A stretch of DNA of 64,000 bases, from contig CAXXFV010000017.1 in the NCBI GenBank assembly GCA_963674595.2, forward strand, positions 32,001-96,000. The letters run 5' to 3'. Position 1 is the stretch's first letter. Every line of letters begins with the position of its first letter. Below the pieces are notes generated by a model. That model was not told the DNA's origin, made no database searches, and was given only the letters and a program-made list of their open reading frames with translations. The DNA is from a bacterium. GTDB taxonomy: Bacteria; Zhuqueibacterota; Zhuqueibacteria; Residuimicrobiales; Krinioviventaceae. Both the position numbers and the translations under genes were made by a program. Positions 18,572 through 27,698 of this stretch are shown here, in pieces.

Positions 18572-20890
18572 TTAATTTATTTCCGGTCTGGGTGGTCCGT
18601 TATAGGGTTTAGCGCCGAATTGTTGCCCCTTATGCGGTTTTACGGAAATCAAGTCCGGATCGGTTACTGTCGGCGCTTTAATCATACCGTGATATCTGGC
18701 CATCCAGTAATCTCTTAAAAAACCGGTCGGATCAGCAACCACGCGTCCGCCGGCTCCGCCGTCATAGGGCAGGGCATTACGGCTGCCGCCTTTAACCGAG
18801 GTCTCTCTGGGGGACATGCCCCGTGTACCGCCGCCATAGGGAACATAGCCGGGCTCCGGCGCAAGGTCACTGCGGTGTGAATTTTTATAACTGTCTACCA
18901 CACAATCCAATGTCCATTCGCGTAAATGCTTTACAGCCAAATCCAGTTCGCAGTCATTTCCTGTTATTGCGCCATACAAAATGCTGTACAGAGAAACATG
19001 TTCCATTCGTTTCAGTTCCCAGGTCCGTTCCAGACTGCGCAGGTAAATGGACCGCATGATTGGATCGTCGGTATAACGAAACAGGGTATAATAACACCGG
19101 GACGCCAGGTTGTCGTCCCAGGGGGCAATGTCTTTTGGGGGAAATGTAATTTTTTGCCGTACCGTATAGTGGTGATATCCCCAGTCCAAAACCTGCTGAT
19201 AACCTTCTTTGAATTTTTTATCGCCGCTGACACCATAGGCTGCCAGCAAAAAGCTTTGTATTTCCACGCCGTTCAAACCAATGGCATACTGCCCGTAAGG
19301 ACGCTGCAGATAATCCGGGTCCCATCGGCCCCAGCGTGTCGGCTTGTCATCCATATCTCTTAGGAGAAAACCGTTGTCGATGATGTGTGAGGCAATTTTT
19401 TCAAGGTGTTCTTTTGCCAGTTCCTTTTCACGGCCTTTTGCCACCAGATCGTGAAAAATGGAAACCGAATAATAGTGGGCCGTTACTTCATCGCTTGAAG
19501 TATCGCCTTTCCAGTACCATTTGCCGTCTTCTGTGGGGTACCATTTGGCCGGTAAACCACCGGAACCGTGTCTGCCCATTTTGTCCTGATCGCCTGTTGT
19601 CGACCATATAGCCCGGGCAATAAAACCGTCTTTGGGGGTAATTTTATCCAGCCAGATCATGGCTTTAAAAGCATCCACCGCTTCTTCGCGGGCCTTTTCG
19701 TCACCGGTAACGGCATATTTAAAACACATGGCTGCCAGGTAAGGGGCCGTGTGCCCGCCGTCGTTATCACTGATATGACGAATCCATTCGCCTTTATCAT
19801 TTTTAACAAGTGAATGAACAAATCCCAACCGTTTGTGGCCCCATTCATTGATATGCCGTTCATAAAAGGCGGCTTTTTTTAACAGGGTATAGGGTTCGTA
19901 CTTGATAATGCCGATACCACTGTTTGTGGCGATATAGACACTTTTGTCATGTACGGCAATATCATTGACATAATCACCGGGCAGCCAGTGGTATGGGCCG
20001 AAATAGTGCCATTCATCTTTAAGCATGCGTATGGCCCCGGTGGTGGTGCCAATCCAAAGGTCATTATCAAAACCCTTTGCCAGACAGGTTGTTGCTTCAT
20101 AGGGCAGGCGGTCTTTACCGTCCAGTGTTGTCAATGCGGCGCCGCGTAAAACAGCCAAACCCCGGTCCGTCGTGATAAACAGACGACTTCCCAAGGCCAG
20201 CATATCGTGCGTATTGGGAGAGGGAAACGCGCCCCAGTCTATAAACTCTTCGTTAACAATTGCACCGTCAAACAGCACCAGTTGTCCGGGACGGAGTGCA
20301 TACAATGTTCCGCTGTAAGAATCAATCCGTTCAATCGGCCCAAACCGCACCGGATCAGCCAAAACCTGGGTACCGTCTGCCATCAGCATGGTTTTGTCAC
20401 TGGAAAGATAACCCTCTTTGGGTTTTATATTCGTCAACGTTTCGTTTTCAATACGATACACGTCCTCTCTGGTGGCGGCATGCACCGCGCCCTGGTGAAT
20501 GCACATATCTTTAAAATGCTGGTCATCCAGTTTTTTCCAGTTTTTATTCTTTAAAATATACAGTCCAGCCTTTGACAAGGCCCATAGTTTATTGTCTAAA
20601 ACCAATAAACGTTCCGTTTGTTCAGGTCCGGACATTTTATTCAGAGTCTGGTCATCAAGGGTGTATATGTGATTTTCCATAACGGCATAACATGTGCCGT
20701 CATAAAAAGCCACGGACTGCACCGGTTTGGTGGTAGGTATTTTTTGCGAAACTTGCTCAAGATAGACATTGTCCGGCTCCGGCGTCCATAATCGTTGTTG
20801 GGTATGGAAAAAATCATCAGCAGCAACACGCCCCATAATCAGAAATAACAGGATAAATGTTCTCAGGAAAAAATAAAATTGATTTTTCAT
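18572..20890 (-). CDS. Secreted protein: N-terminal beta-propeller plus C-terminal putative (alpha/alpha)-barrel glycosidase-like domain
   Basis: Signal peptide; LWIGTTTG/YIATNSGI propeller repeats; SDNDG, WKGDTSSDE acidic motifs. Fold is inferred. Confidence 0.5.
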   Translation of the reverse strand: MKNQFYFFLRTFILLFLIMGRVAADDFFHTQQRLWTPEPDNVYLEQVSQKIPTTKPVQSVAFYDGTCYAVMENHIYTLDDQTLNKMSGPEQTERLLVLDNKLWALSKAGLYILKNKNWKKLDDQHFKDMCIHQGAVHAATREDVYRIENETLTNIKPKEGYLSSDKTMLMADGTQVLADPVRFGPIERIDSYSGTLYALRPGQLVLFDGAIVNEEFIDWGAFPSPNTHDMLALGSRLFITTDRGLAVLRGAALTTLDGKDRLPYEATTCLAKGFDNDLWIGTTTGAIRMLKDEWHYFGPYHWLPGDYVNDIAVHDKSVYIATNSGIGIIKYEPYTLLKKAAFYERHINEWGHKRLGFVHSLVKNDKGEWIRHISDNDGGHTAPYLAAMCFKYAVTGDEKAREEAVDAFKAMIWLDKITPKDGFIARAIWSTTGDQDKMGRHGSGGLPAKWYPTEDGKWYWKGDTSSDEVTAHYYSVSIFHDLVAKGREKELAKEHLEKIASHIIDNGFLLRDMDDKPTRWGRWDPDYLQRPYGQYAIGLNGVEIQSFLLAAYGVSGDKKFKEGYQQVLDWGYHHYTVRQKITFPPKDIAPWDDNLASRCYYTLFRYTDDPIMRSIYLRSLERTWELKRMEHVSLYSILYGAITGNDCELDLAVKHLREWTLDCVVDSYKNSHRSDLAPEPGYVPYGGGTRGMSPRETSVKGGSRNALPYDGGAGGRVVADPTGFLRDYWMARYHGMIKAPTVTDPDLISVKPHKGQQFGAKPYNGPPRPEIN

Positions 20891-20973
20891 AGGGAACTCC
20901 TTATTAAGTTAATATTTATATAGTCAAGGGGTATTGAACATTGATCTTTCGTGATGTTTGATGATAAAAACTA

Positions 20974-21798
20974 TTAACTTTCCAATCGCAGCAGTTTTAC
21001 GGCATTTCCTCTGGCAATAGCGGCACGATGGGCCTCGTCCATGGGCGTGTTTTGCATCCACTCTACATGCCCGAATTCATGACCGGCGCAAAGATAATCT
21101 GTTGCAAATAATAATTTGGACCAGTTGCGTTTAATAAAGCCCTGGGTGAACCCGGGATCGCGTGTGACCGCATTATAACCGGACCCGGCGGATAAATCGG
21201 CATACATGTTGTCATATTCCTGCAGAAAACGGTCGGCAACACCGCCTTTAACAACTTTGGTGGTGGGATAGTCACAGGCGCCGTCATCGTCGGCTGAAAT
21301 GGCATTCCACCATCGCGGACCATGACCGATAAAAACCGTGTCCGGAAACTCTTTTAAACATTTTTCCAGCCTCGGCAAACCGACCTCATCCCACGAGTGT
21401 TCACCCGCACCATAAAAAATAACCGGCAAACCAAGTTCACCGCATTTAGCGTAAACTCTTTTACGCAGCGGATCGTCAAACACCAGTTTATCGACAAATT
21501 CGCCAAAGCCTTTTACCAGCCTGTGTTTGGCAAAATGTTCAATCAGTTGCAGGCATTTGTCTTTTCTCGGATCAATATGGATAAACGGAATGATGCGTTC
21601 CGGGTATTGGTCGGCGGCTTCTATGACCCAGTCCGTTAAACAATAACCGGATGTATATTCCGGGCTTTCCATGGGAAGCACAACCGATTTTTCTATACCG
21701 CGTTTGTTCATGGTGTCTACAAGCTGTGCCGGGCTGATTCCCGGACGGTCATCAGGCAAACGTCCGGAATAGTAAATGTGGGTGTGAGTATCGATCAT
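20974..21798 (-). CDS. Amidohydrolase_2 family metal-dependent hydrolase
   Basis: IDTHTH, GFGE, FIGHG, YADLSAGSG, LLFATDY. Confidence 0.85.
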   Translation of the reverse strand: MIDTHTHIYYSGRLPDDRPGISPAQLVDTMNKRGIEKSVVLPMESPEYTSGYCLTDWVIEAADQYPERIIPFIHIDPRKDKCLQLIEHFAKHRLVKGFGEFVDKLVFDDPLRKRVYAKCGELGLPVIFYGAGEHSWDEVGLPRLEKCLKEFPDTVFIGHGPRWWNAISADDDGACDYPTTKVVKGGVADRFLQEYDNMYADLSAGSGYNAVTRDPGFTQGFIKRNWSKLLFATDYLCAGHEFGHVEWMQNTPMDEAHRAAIARGNAVKLLRLES

Positions 21799-21842
21799 CA
21801 GGTTCCTCTTTGGTTTAATCTATTATACCTTTTTCTGTTTAT

Positions 21843-22673
21843 CTATTCTACAAAGGGTGGAGCGCCGTATATTGTCTCGACTATCTTTTCGAGCTGTTCT
21901 ATATTGTCTTTGGGACCTTTTACCAGCAAATGGGTACTGCCCTCGGCCCCGCCGATTCCACCGCCGCCGCAATGAATGGCCGTGACATCAGCGAGAATTT
22001 TTACCGCTTCAATTTCAGTCACAATGTCGCCGTTCAGCAAAAACATGGATGGTATGTTGTTTTCACTCGCAACCGGTTCCTGCATGGTATTGGTTATATC
22101 GATCAAACTACCGGCGACAAGCTTTTCAAGTCCGACCGGGATGATCAAATGCGCTTTTCGGGCGACAACATAGGGCATAAACGTTCCTGTTGTGCCGCCG
22201 GTTTTGCTGCCGATGTAAACTCCGGCCAGTTTATTGTTATAGTCCAGCGCGTTTGCCCCTTTAATCATTATATCTCCGGGCTGTAATTTTGTAACCGCTT
22301 CTGAAAAAGACATAGTTGAATCAATTTTACCTTTTACGAGTATAATTTCCGGTTTCATTTTCAACGGCCCAAACTTTTTGCCGCCGGCTTTAGGATAAAT
22401 TCTACCTGTGACAAACGTGCCGTGTTCAATATCGTGATGCAGCAGTTCCTGAGCGATATAGGTGTTTGTTGTGCCCCGTGCAATGATTATCATACCGTCA
22501 TCTAGCGCTTGCTGAATCATGGGCATTTGCACAACGGCTTTTGCAATGAGTGTTTTAGCTTCCGAAACCGTGAGTGTGATATGTGTCTGAACAATATCTT
22601 TATCACCGGCATAAATGTTTATCGCTATAATCAGGAGGAAAATGGTGATCGTGTTTTTCAGTACAGAGTGCAT
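21843..22673 (-). CDS. Conserved hypothetical exported protein
   Basis: Signal peptide; LTVSEAK.LIAKAV, GTTN, KGANALD, LIIPVGLEK, GGGGIGGAEG; possible NagB/RpiA-like fold (inference). Confidence 0.6.
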   Translation of the reverse strand: MHSVLKNTITIFLLIIAINIYAGDKDIVQTHITLTVSEAKTLIAKAVVQMPMIQQALDDGMIIIARGTTNTYIAQELLHHDIEHGTFVTGRIYPKAGGKKFGPLKMKPEIILVKGKIDSTMSFSEAVTKLQPGDIMIKGANALDYNNKLAGVYIGSKTGGTTGTFMPYVVARKAHLIIPVGLEKLVAGSLIDITNTMQEPVASENNIPSMFLLNGDIVTEIEAVKILADVTAIHCGGGGIGGAEGSTHLLVKGPKDNIEQLEKIVETIYGAPPFVE

Positions 22674-22703
22674 TAAAAATCCTTTTGTAAAAGTGTAAAA
22701 TTG

Positions 22704-22940
22704 CTATGAATTATCAGTTTTTTGTAAGGAACGGTTTTTACGTTTTAATTTGATAAAGGAATAAACAACAACAATTAATCCGGCGCAGGAGATAAGCGAA
22801 AATACCAGCACATTACGCCAATTTGTTACTTTAAGACCAGGGAATATATAAAATGAATGAGATAAAATGGCTGCATAAGCGCCGCCCAGAAAAAGTATGA
22901 CTCCTGTAAAAATGATCAGCACGTTTTTCCGGTTAATCAT
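22704..22940 (-). CDS. Small two-TM membrane protein
   Basis: GGAGG RBS before ATG 22940; two hydrophobic segments. Confidence 0.55.
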   Translation of the reverse strand: MINRKNVLIIFTGVILFLGGAYAAILSHSFYIFPGLKVTNWRNVLVFSLISCAGLIVVVYSFIKLKRKNRSLQKTDNS

Positions 22941-22996
22941 TTTTCCTCCGGATATTTGAATTAACCACAGGATTAAATGTTTGAATACATTCAAGT

Positions 22997-23031
22997 TTTC
23001 CCGGACCCGTTTTATTCGCCGGTCCGGGAAA
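22997..23031 (-). terminator. Hairpin/terminator after isomerase-like gene
   Basis: TTTCCCGGACC...GGTCCGGGAAA 11-bp stem; weak U-tract on the minus strand. Confidence 0.5.
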
Positions 23032-23045
23032 TCAGTTCCTTTAAA

Positions 23046-24599
23046 CTATGCCTCTTTTACAACTTTCCAGCCGATATGGTCAGCCAGTGCATACACAGGT
23101 TCTTTAAGATCGCCGTAAAAAGTCACACGGTGCCAGCCGGCCTTGTCCCACATTGTAAAAAGTTTTTCAAAATCGCCCACCGGTTCGGCACATAATTTTG
23201 TACGGCAGGCCCTGTCATCCGGATCGTTTCCGACCGACTTTGCCTGATGGAACAAAATTTCCTTCTGGTCCGGTAAAATTTCCAGGGTGGTGGTCATATA
23301 TCCGGCCGGTAAAATGGAACGCACCGATGCGCCCTGTCGGTCTTCGGAATGGGTCATAATGGTAAAAGGATTGGTAGCGCCGTTTGGTCCAAACACTTTG
23401 GTTGAGGCCACACAATGGGCGTAGATAATTTGCCGTTTGGATGTGTCCATAACCGGATCAGAAATATAACCGGGACGACCCTTTGTCAGCAGTGAAAAAG
23501 CAACCATTGTGGCGGTGGACCTTGTATCACATTCGCAGGCGCCTATCAAACCTTCGTTAACAAGTTCATGGAACCCAAGACAGGGATAGGCATGAATGTG
23601 ACCGCCGTAAAATCCGCCTAAACAGTTGATGGTAATGGCGTTGGCATTGTGTTTTTTCAGAATGTCTTTCATGCCCAGATAAAAGGCAGCCGAGTTTTTC
23701 AGGGTTTCAAAGGGAACGTCAATAACTTCCGTGGCGGCCTTTTGCCAGCGTTCGGCAATGGTTTGCGATTCGTCAGGATCTGCTTTTTCCCATGCTTTAT
23801 TCACCTCTGCAAATGCAACTTTTTCCATGGGAATGTTCATGATCGGATCAGCCGAACCGGAGTTTTGGTCTCTAACTGCGAGTATTTTTGATCCTTTCAT
23901 TTGCTCAAGACATTCCTGCGGAGAAAGCGTGTTGACAATATCCTCATTAACACTCATATCACCGGTTTTTGCTGTATTTTTTAATCGTGTACGGGTTATT
24001 GTTGCTGCAAATTCGTTCGCATTGTTGATTTTACCAAAACATTTCACAGCCGCAATGTGGTCCTGGATATCGGATGAGGCGACAAATCCCTCGTTAGCGG
24101 CATTAGCACGTAAAAACCGGGCATTATAAACAAGAAAACCGCCGCTGCCGCCGAATTGGAAATCAGCATACAAGACCGGTTTGCCGGTCGTTACAATCGA
24201 TTGCACGACCCTGTTCCAGCAGTTCATTTGGTAGACAATGTATGCGTCAATGTTTTCCGTTTTGTCCTGTTCGATGATTTTTTCCGTCTCTTCCGGCCCG
24301 GTAGACAGGCTGGTTACAAAGGTAAATTCAGGACATTCCTGTTCGAGTATTGTATTGATGCGGTCAATTGGTGAGGTGAAATCGAAACCGACATTCGGCC
24401 AGTCCGGTTTTGGCTGTTGCAAAGCATGGAGTGAATAAATGATTCTGATCTTTTTTACCAGGTCTGTTTTAGAGGAGCAGTTGATCCCGGCTAATGGCGC
24501 CGATAAACAAAAAGCTGCGCACGCACCACACGACGTAATAAAATTCCGGCGCCCTGTTTTTAATGCACAGTTATGGGGTGATTTTAGATGGTTTTTCAC
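23046..24599 (-). CDS. Tat-exported L-fucose/L-arabinose isomerase-like protein
   Basis: RRNFITS Tat motif; AITINCL, YPCLG, ACECD, YISDP, YAHC, GWHRV..YGD. GTG start chosen from AGGAG RBS (alternative 24659). Confidence 0.65.
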   Translation of the reverse strand: MKNHLKSPHNCALKTGRRNFITSCGACAAFCLSAPLAGINCSSKTDLVKKIRIIYSLHALQQPKPDWPNVGFDFTSPIDRINTILEQECPEFTFVTSLSTGPEETEKIIEQDKTENIDAYIVYQMNCWNRVVQSIVTTGKPVLYADFQFGGSGGFLVYNARFLRANAANEGFVASSDIQDHIAAVKCFGKINNANEFAATITRTRLKNTAKTGDMSVNEDIVNTLSPQECLEQMKGSKILAVRDQNSGSADPIMNIPMEKVAFAEVNKAWEKADPDESQTIAERWQKAATEVIDVPFETLKNSAAFYLGMKDILKKHNANAITINCLGGFYGGHIHAYPCLGFHELVNEGLIGACECDTRSTATMVAFSLLTKGRPGYISDPVMDTSKRQIIYAHCVASTKVFGPNGATNPFTIMTHSEDRQGASVRSILPAGYMTTTLEILPDQKEILFHQAKSVGNDPDDRACRTKLCAEPVGDFEKLFTMWDKAGWHRVTFYGDLKEPVYALADHIGWKVVKEA

Positions 24600-24828
24600 A
24601 AGTTCTCCTATAATTAGATGTAAGATGTTTTTTAAATCCTGCAAATTATTGTTGAACATTATGATGGTAAACGTACTAGATTATTATGTCGTTTTTTTAA
24701 GTGAGGGTGGCGAATGAATCTGATATTATATCAACTCTAAAATAAAAACCAGCAATCCTTCTTAATAATATAATAAAAAATGAACAATTCAAAATCTATT
24801 TAAGCAATTTTGTGATTATTTTCAAATT

Positions 24829-24882
24829 TTAAGGCATAAACCAGGTTTTTTTCGTAACCAGATCATGTCCTTTTGGATTTGA
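24829..24882 (-). pseudogene. Remnant 3' end of an SGNH hydrolase gene
   Basis: Translates SNPKGHDLVTKKTWFMP-stop, versus PNRKGHDLVTAKLLEWFKP-stop at the end of gene 31121-31846. Confidence 0.7.
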
Positions 24883-24960
24883 TAGACACATACCGTTGTA
24901 CTGAAAATCCGTAAATAAGAGCGGGGCGCAGGCGATATAGGAATTTAATTGAAAATCACC

Positions 24961-25016
24961 TTGACAATAGTATCATTAATGAGTACATTTATGTATACAT
25001 TAATGTATCCATTAAT
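24961..25016 (+). promoter_or_regulatory. sigma70 promoter with tandem GntR-type operators
   Basis: TTGACA(24961)-N17-TACATT(24984); CATTWAT repeated at 24974, 24986, 24998, 25010; palindrome ATGTATACAT at 24991-25000. Confidence 0.75.
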
Positions 25017-25027
25017 AAGGTCAAGTT

Positions 25028-25678
25028 ATGGCAAAAGATGAAATTGAAGAGCGTATATACCGTTCAATTATAAAAATGATCCTGGATAATCAGTTTAAAC
25101 CGGGTGATTTATTGCTTGAAACGGATTTAGCGGAAAAGTTGAATGTCAGCCGTACACCGGTGCGTCAGGCGCTTGGACGATTGGTTGCCCAGGGTTTTTT
25201 AGATAAAAGGAAAAAAAAGGGATGTATTATTCCTGTTCCCGATGCACAGGATGCCCACAAGGTATTCCAGGCACGGGAAATGATAGAAGGGGCAACCGCG
25301 GCAGGGGCTGCTTTGAATGCGACACAGGCTGAGATAGACGAGTTTATTGCCATCCAGGAAGAACAGAATCGCGCTTTTCTTGAAGGCAACAAAGAAGACT
25401 ATTCAACCCTGAATGAAAAATTTCACCTTGGGATTGCCCGGTTAAGCAACAATAAATATCTTGAACGTTATTGTCAGCATATCTTTTGGCGGTCCAATAC
25501 CTATATTTTCTTTTTTGATCAATATTATAGACACAAACCACAAAGTGATGAATACCACCTTACACCGGACCAGCATGAAAAAATAATTAATGCCATTAAA
25601 AAAGGTAATCCGGAACTGGCAAAACAGGAAATGATTAATCATATCAGACATACATATCAGGTTCTTTTTAAAATATGA
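25028..25678 (+). CDS. GntR (FadR/FCD) family regulator
   Basis: LAEKLNVSRTPVRQALGRL HTH; FCD with N..FH and H..I..AI motifs. Confidence 0.95.
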   Translation: MAKDEIEERIYRSIIKMILDNQFKPGDLLLETDLAEKLNVSRTPVRQALGRLVAQGFLDKRKKKGCIIPVPDAQDAHKVFQAREMIEGATAAGAALNATQAEIDEFIAIQEEQNRAFLEGNKEDYSTLNEKFHLGIARLSNNKYLERYCQHIFWRSNTYIFFFDQYYRHKPQSDEYHLTPDQHEKIINAIKKGNPELAKQEMINHIRHTYQVLFKI

Positions 25679-25694
25679 AAAACAAGGACAACCT

Positions 25695-26915
25695 ATGGCA
25701 AAGAAAAAAATTATAATTTTAGGTCTTGGAATGCAGGGCAAAGCCGCACTAGACGATATTTTTCACAACTGTGATGTTGAGCAGATTATTGTTGCTGATA
25801 ACCAATCGGATCTAAACACGATCCGCCAATATTCTGAAAAGAACGTAAAGCTGATGAATATAGATGCATCCGATACAGCGCAGTTAACATTATTAATGAA
25901 GGATGCTTCTCTTGTGATTGATGCCCTGCCGGGAAATTTTGCTTTTTCTGTTGCGCAAGTTGCTGCTAAAGTCGGCGTCAATCTTGTAAGCAGCATGTAT
26001 TATATAAATCCTCTGGAAAAGGACCTGCAAAAAATACAAAAACTTTTAGAGCAGCAGGAACAAATTAATGAATCAGCAAAAAATAACGGCATTACCATAT
26101 TGCCCGAATTTGGACTGGACCCGGGAATTGACCTTGTTCTCGGGGCACAAGCTCTTTCCGAGTTTGATTCTGTTGACATATTTAACTCTTATGGCACCGG
26201 ATTACCCGTTGATCATTCGGCTCAAAATACGTTAAAGTATCGTTTTAGCTGGTCTGTTGAAGGTGTTATGAAAGCCTGTAAACGGCCTGCCAGAATAATT
26301 CACGAAAATCGTGATACTGAAATTAATGGATTGGATATTTTTAAACCTGAAAACAGGCACATCATCGAGCTTGATGAATTGGAAATGCCCATGGAATGTT
26401 ACCCCAACGGAAACAGCACCTATTATGCAGAAATTTATAATATAAAAAACACTGTTAAATCAATGGGGCGATATGCCTGTAGATGGCCGGGGCATTGTGA
26501 TTTTTGGGAAAGAATAGCCAATAGCGGTTTTTTAAACGATGAACCCATCCAGGTTGGTTCTCAAAAAGTGATTCCCATCGAATTTACCACGGCCTTGCTG
26601 AATTCTCAACAACAATTTCATTATAACGAATCCGACAAAGATATGGCCCTGGCGCGTGTTGATATGTCCGGCACAAAAGACGGGAAAAATAAACGGGTCA
26701 TTTATCAATTGCTTGATTTCAGGGACATGGACACGGGTTTTACAGCCATGCAAAGGACCGTCGGATTTACCATGGGAATAGGCGCCCGTTTAATATTAAA
26801 CGATGAGATACCCCAAAAAGGTGTTATTTCACCAATAGATGTTCCATTTAAAAAACTCGAAAATGGATTAAAACAGTATAATATGAACATCACCCGTCAG
26901 GAAATTTCTCTGTAA
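25695..26915 (+). CDS. Saccharopine dehydrogenase / lysine 6-dehydrogenase-like oxidoreductase
   Basis: GLGMQG, FGLDPGID, YRFSWSVEG, RWPGH, TAMQRTVG. Confidence 0.85.
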   Translation: MAKKKIIILGLGMQGKAALDDIFHNCDVEQIIVADNQSDLNTIRQYSEKNVKLMNIDASDTAQLTLLMKDASLVIDALPGNFAFSVAQVAAKVGVNLVSSMYYINPLEKDLQKIQKLLEQQEQINESAKNNGITILPEFGLDPGIDLVLGAQALSEFDSVDIFNSYGTGLPVDHSAQNTLKYRFSWSVEGVMKACKRPARIIHENRDTEINGLDIFKPENRHIIELDELEMPMECYPNGNSTYYAEIYNIKNTVKSMGRYACRWPGHCDFWERIANSGFLNDEPIQVGSQKVIPIEFTTALLNSQQQFHYNESDKDMALARVDMSGTKDGKNKRVIYQLLDFRDMDTGFTAMQRTVGFTMGIGARLILNDEIPQKGVISPIDVPFKKLENGLKQYNMNITRQEISL

Positions 26916-27658
26916 TGACTGTTGATAAAAACACTAATCCCATCATCGGTATTCTCGGATGGGAAAAAAGCAGTAATGATACATTGGCCCAATTGGATTT
27001 GCTGCCGGGCAATATTGCCCATCCTGACACGTTTGACTTTCCGGTCATATATAAACAAGTGAAAGGGGCCTGTTATCAAACAATTGTCGTAGATCCTGAC
27101 AATCAAGTTCTTCAGGAGATGGTCGAAACAGCAAGGATACTGGAAAAAGAGGGAATACGTGCCATAATGGGCAATTGTGGTTTTAATTCGCTCTTTCAGA
27201 AACAATTAGCCCGGGCTGTGAAAATTCCGGTATTTTCATCCAGCTTGTTGCTGGTGCCGATGGTTGCCCGTTTTTTCGGTGATGATCGAAAAATTGGAAT
27301 AATAACGGCTGATAAACCACATTTAACCTCGAAACATTTACAGGCAGTGGGAATTACCCCGGATATACCTGTTTGTATATATGGCATTGAGGAAATGAGT
27401 GAGTTTAAAAAAATACGACAGGATCCCAGTGCTGAACTTGACATAAACCTCTTTGAACAGCAAATCCTGGCAGTTGCACATGAAATGGTACTAAACAACA
27501 ACACGATCGGGGCTATCATTCTGGAATGTACGGATCTGCCTCCCTTTTCAGCGGCGATAAGAAAATCTACCGGTTTACCCGTTTTTGATATCGTGACCCT
27601 GGCAAACATGGTGTATGATGCTATTTGCGGAAATCGTTGGACCTTTGACAATCTATAA
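26915..27658 (+). CDS. Asp/Glu/hydantoin racemase family protein
   Basis: PGNIAHPDTFDFPV; two-cysteine motifs GNCGF and LECTDLPP. Confidence 0.85.
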   Translation: MTVDKNTNPIIGILGWEKSSNDTLAQLDLLPGNIAHPDTFDFPVIYKQVKGACYQTIVVDPDNQVLQEMVETARILEKEGIRAIMGNCGFNSLFQKQLARAVKIPVFSSSLLLVPMVARFFGDDRKIGIITADKPHLTSKHLQAVGITPDIPVCIYGIEEMSEFKKIRQDPSAELDINLFEQQILAVAHEMVLNNNTIGAIILECTDLPPFSAAIRKSTGLPVFDIVTLANMVYDAICGNRWTFDNL

Positions 27659-27698
27659 AATTTTAATTGTATAATAAAAAAAACATGAGGATAAAATA

